A DNA stretch of 61,124 nucleotides, the filler included. It is 4 parts of 4 records of this genome, joined end to end, with 100 filler letters (N's around TTAATTAATTAA, not from the genome) between each part and the next. Parts side by side here need not be neighbours in the genome. Positions count along the whole stretch, not along the records: positions 56,844 to 61,124 come from SRR20825010_816; 3 more parts are not named here. The stretch is one strand, 5' to 3'. The position numbers and the translations under genes were made by a program. Numbering within the stretch: position 1 is the stretch's first letter; every line of letters begins with the position of its first letter. Shown here piece after piece: positions 59,220 to 61,124 of the stretch. The notes under the pieces were generated by a model, which worked only from the letters and a program-made list of their open reading frames with translations, searched no databases and was not told the DNA's origin.

Positions 59220-60857
59220 TTACTTGTCGCTTTCCAAGAAAGGATATTTGTAATCCACTGGAGAAACGAAGGTTTCTTTGATCGTACGTGGAGAAACCCA
59301 ACGTAGCAAGTTGATCATAGAACCAGCTTTGTCATTCGTCCCTGAAGCTCTCGCTCCACCGAATGGCTGCTGACCTACTACTGCTCCAGTTGGCTTATCA
59401 TTGATATAAAAGTTACCAGCAGCATTTTTTAACTTTATAGTAGCCAATTCCACAGCATAACGATCCTGAGAGAATATCGCTCCTGTCAAGGCATACGGAG
59501 AAGTCTGATCGACCAATTCCAACGCCTCTTCGAATCGCTCTGAATCATACACATATATTGTCAAGACCGGACCGAAGATCTCTTCACACATGGTAGTGTA
59601 CATCGGATCTTGGGTCACGATTACTGTTGGCTCGATGAAGTAGCCTTTCGACTTATCATAATTACCTCCAGCGATAATTTCCACCGCAGGATTTGCTTTC
59701 GCATTGTCTATGTACTTGGCGATTTTATCAAAAGATTTCTCGTCAATCACCGCATTGATGAAATTGGTGAAATCTTCCGTTCCGCCCATTTTCATATCAG
59801 CGAGATCAGCGACTAAACCTTCCTTTACTTCATCCCAAATGTTGGAAGGGATATAAGCACGAGAAGCAGCAGAGCATTTTTGCCCTTGGAACTCAAAAGC
59901 TCCACGGGAAAGTCCTACCGCTACAGCTTTAGGAATGGCAGATTTGTGAGCGATCACGAAGTCTTTTCCACCTGTCTCACCAACGATTCTCGGATAAGAT
60001 TTGTACTGATGAATGTTCGTTCCGATAGTTTTCCAGATATGCTGAAAAACTCCAGTAGAACCTGTAAAGTGAATTCCAGCGAAATCTCTATGCTTGAATA
60101 TCACGTCTCCTGCCGTTGGGCCGTCTACGTAAATCAAGTTGATCACACCAGCTGGTACGCCAGCTTCCTTAAACACTTGCATCAGCACATTTGCAGAATA
60201 AATCTGCGTGTAAGCTGGCTTCCACACGATGGTATTTCCCATCATCGCAGCAGAAGTAGGAAGATTACCTGCGATCGCCGTAAAGTTGAACGGAGTCAAA
60301 GCGAACACAAATCCTTCAAGTGGTCTCTGCTCCAATCTATTCCAAACGCCGTTCCCCGAAACCGGAGGCTGTTGGGCATAGATTTCAGTCATGTATTGCA
60401 CATTGAAGCGCAAGAAATCGATGAACTCACATGCCGCATCTATCTCTGCCTGCATCGCATTTTTGGATTGCCCAAGCATGGTTGCCGCATTGATTTTGGC
60501 ACGATATGGACCTGCCAAAAGATCAGCTGCTTTCAAGAAAATCGCTGCTCTTTGCTCCCAACCTAAGTTTTCCCAAGCTTCTTTCGCGCCCATAGCAGCA
60601 TCGATCGCTTGCTCTACATGAGAAGCATCACCTTCGTGGAAATGACCCAGCACATGCTGATGATCGTGTGGAGGAGACATGTTATGTGTATTGCCAGTTC
60701 TGACTTCATCCGAACCAATATACATCGGCACGTCAACTTGCTGAGATCTAGCTTCCTTGAGCGCTGCTTGCAATTCTTTTCTCTCGGAGCTTCCGGGAGC
60801 GTAAGCTTTCACCGGCTCATTTACCGGAGCTGGGACATTAAAAAAACCTTTGAGCAT
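59220..60857 (-). CDS. pruA: L-glutamate gamma-semialdehyde (P5C) dehydrogenase
   Basis: NEPV..YAPGS.ER, PFNFTAI, FTGST, GETGGKDF, QGQKCSA, EEIFGP, NDKPTGAVVGQQPFGG. Confidence 0.96.
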   Translation of the reverse strand: MLKGFFNVPAPVNEPVKAYAPGSSERKELQAALKEARSQQVDVPMYIGSDEVRTGNTHNMSPPHDHQHVLGHFHEGDASHVEQAIDAAMGAKEAWENLGWEQRAAIFLKAADLLAGPYRAKINAATMLGQSKNAMQAEIDAACEFIDFLRFNVQYMTEIYAQQPPVSGNGVWNRLEQRPLEGFVFALTPFNFTAIAGNLPTSAAMMGNTIVWKPAYTQIYSANVLMQVFKEAGVPAGVINLIYVDGPTAGDVIFKHRDFAGIHFTGSTGVFQHIWKTIGTNIHQYKSYPRIVGETGGKDFVIAHKSAIPKAVAVGLSRGAFEFQGQKCSAASRAYIPSNIWDEVKEGLVADLADMKMGGTEDFTNFINAVIDEKSFDKIAKYIDNAKANPAVEIIAGGNYDKSKGYFIEPTVIVTQDPMYTTMCEEIFGPVLTIYVYDSERFEEALELVDQTSPYALTGAIFSQDRYAVELATIKLKNAAGNFYINDKPTGAVVGQQPFGGARASGTNDKAGSMINLLRWVSPRTIKETFVSPVDYKYPFLESDK

Positions 60858-60888
60858 AATATCTGGGGTTATGATTTTCTGTATTGGC

Positions 60889-60896
60889 CAAAGATA
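60889..60896 (-). promoter_or_regulatory. Bacteroidota -7 element (TATCTTTG) for pruA
   Basis: Exact TAnnTTTG about 30 nt upstream of the ATG. Confidence 0.5.
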
Positions 60897-60939
60897 ACCA
60901 GAAGGTTTTATTGGCAGGTGAATATGAAGTAAAAGAACC

Positions 60940-61124
60940 CTAAAGTATGTCTTCTAGTTCTCTCAAATGTGAAATAGTATAAGTCGGTGTCATTTCAATT
61001 GCTTTTTCGAGCGGATTAAAAAAGACCTGATCGATGCCAGCTCCGTGCGCGCCCTGAATGTCAGAGATAGGATTATCCCCTATCATCAAGCTATATTCCT
61101 TGCTTGCACCTGCTTGCTCCATAG
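60940..61124 (-). CDS. YjjG-like HAD nucleotidase, C-terminal part
   Basis: MIGDN..SDI.GA…GI..VFFNP…Y.I..L.EL. Confidence 0.8.
   Translation of the reverse strand, partial: MEQAGASKEYSLMIGDNPISDIQGAHGAGIDQVFFNPLEKAIEMTPTYTISHLRELEDIL

Noticed and set aside
59880-60566. 228-aa ORF antisense to pruA (likewise 22281-22988 opposite hemF)
   Set aside because: Shadow ORFs of conserved genes

Overview
This window is not one chromosome region. It contains four unrelated contigs joined by three identical artificial 100-nt spacers (44 N + TTAATTAATTAA + 44 N at 28900-28999, 45141-45240 and 56744-56843). (1) 1-28899 looks like a marine Flavobacteriaceae (Muricauda/Flagellimonas-like). It carries a DUF1080-Gfo/Idh/MocA sugar pair, an SPFH-GYF + Zn-ribbon pair, and a heme biosynthesis super-cluster (hemH; araC <-> hemA-C-D-E-X-F; phzF-hemB), with several REP-like palindromes. 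(2) 29000-45140 is a GC-rich gammaproteobacterium, Marinobacter-like: desaturase/AraC, GSTs, a ProVWX/TmoXWV-type ABC transporter, an M14 peptidase + alpha/beta hydrolase pair, and rpe-gph-trpEGDC. (3) 45241-56743 is Cytophagales-like: atpD, a histidine kinase, plsC-gatC-TPR membrane protein, a porin, a vWA protein, fabG. (4) 56844-61124 is Cyclobacteriaceae/Algoriphagus-like: lipoproteins, pruA, yjjG. Most notable observations: a small protein with a near-exact Wnt signature ([10 protein letters not shown]), translationally coupled between hemE and hemF; an orphan heme-oxygenase-like DUF3050 gene between hemH and a MATE exporter; a Cys-Pro-bearing AraC with a Fur-like palindrome facing hemA; a REP repeat translated as the HemD C-terminus; and an unannotated Trp-rich leader peptide (…RWWRWRTG) upstream of trpE with no U-tract terminator. 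No rRNA, tRNA, CRISPR array, integrase or transposase was recognised. Taxonomy and family calls come from motif recognition, not database searches.
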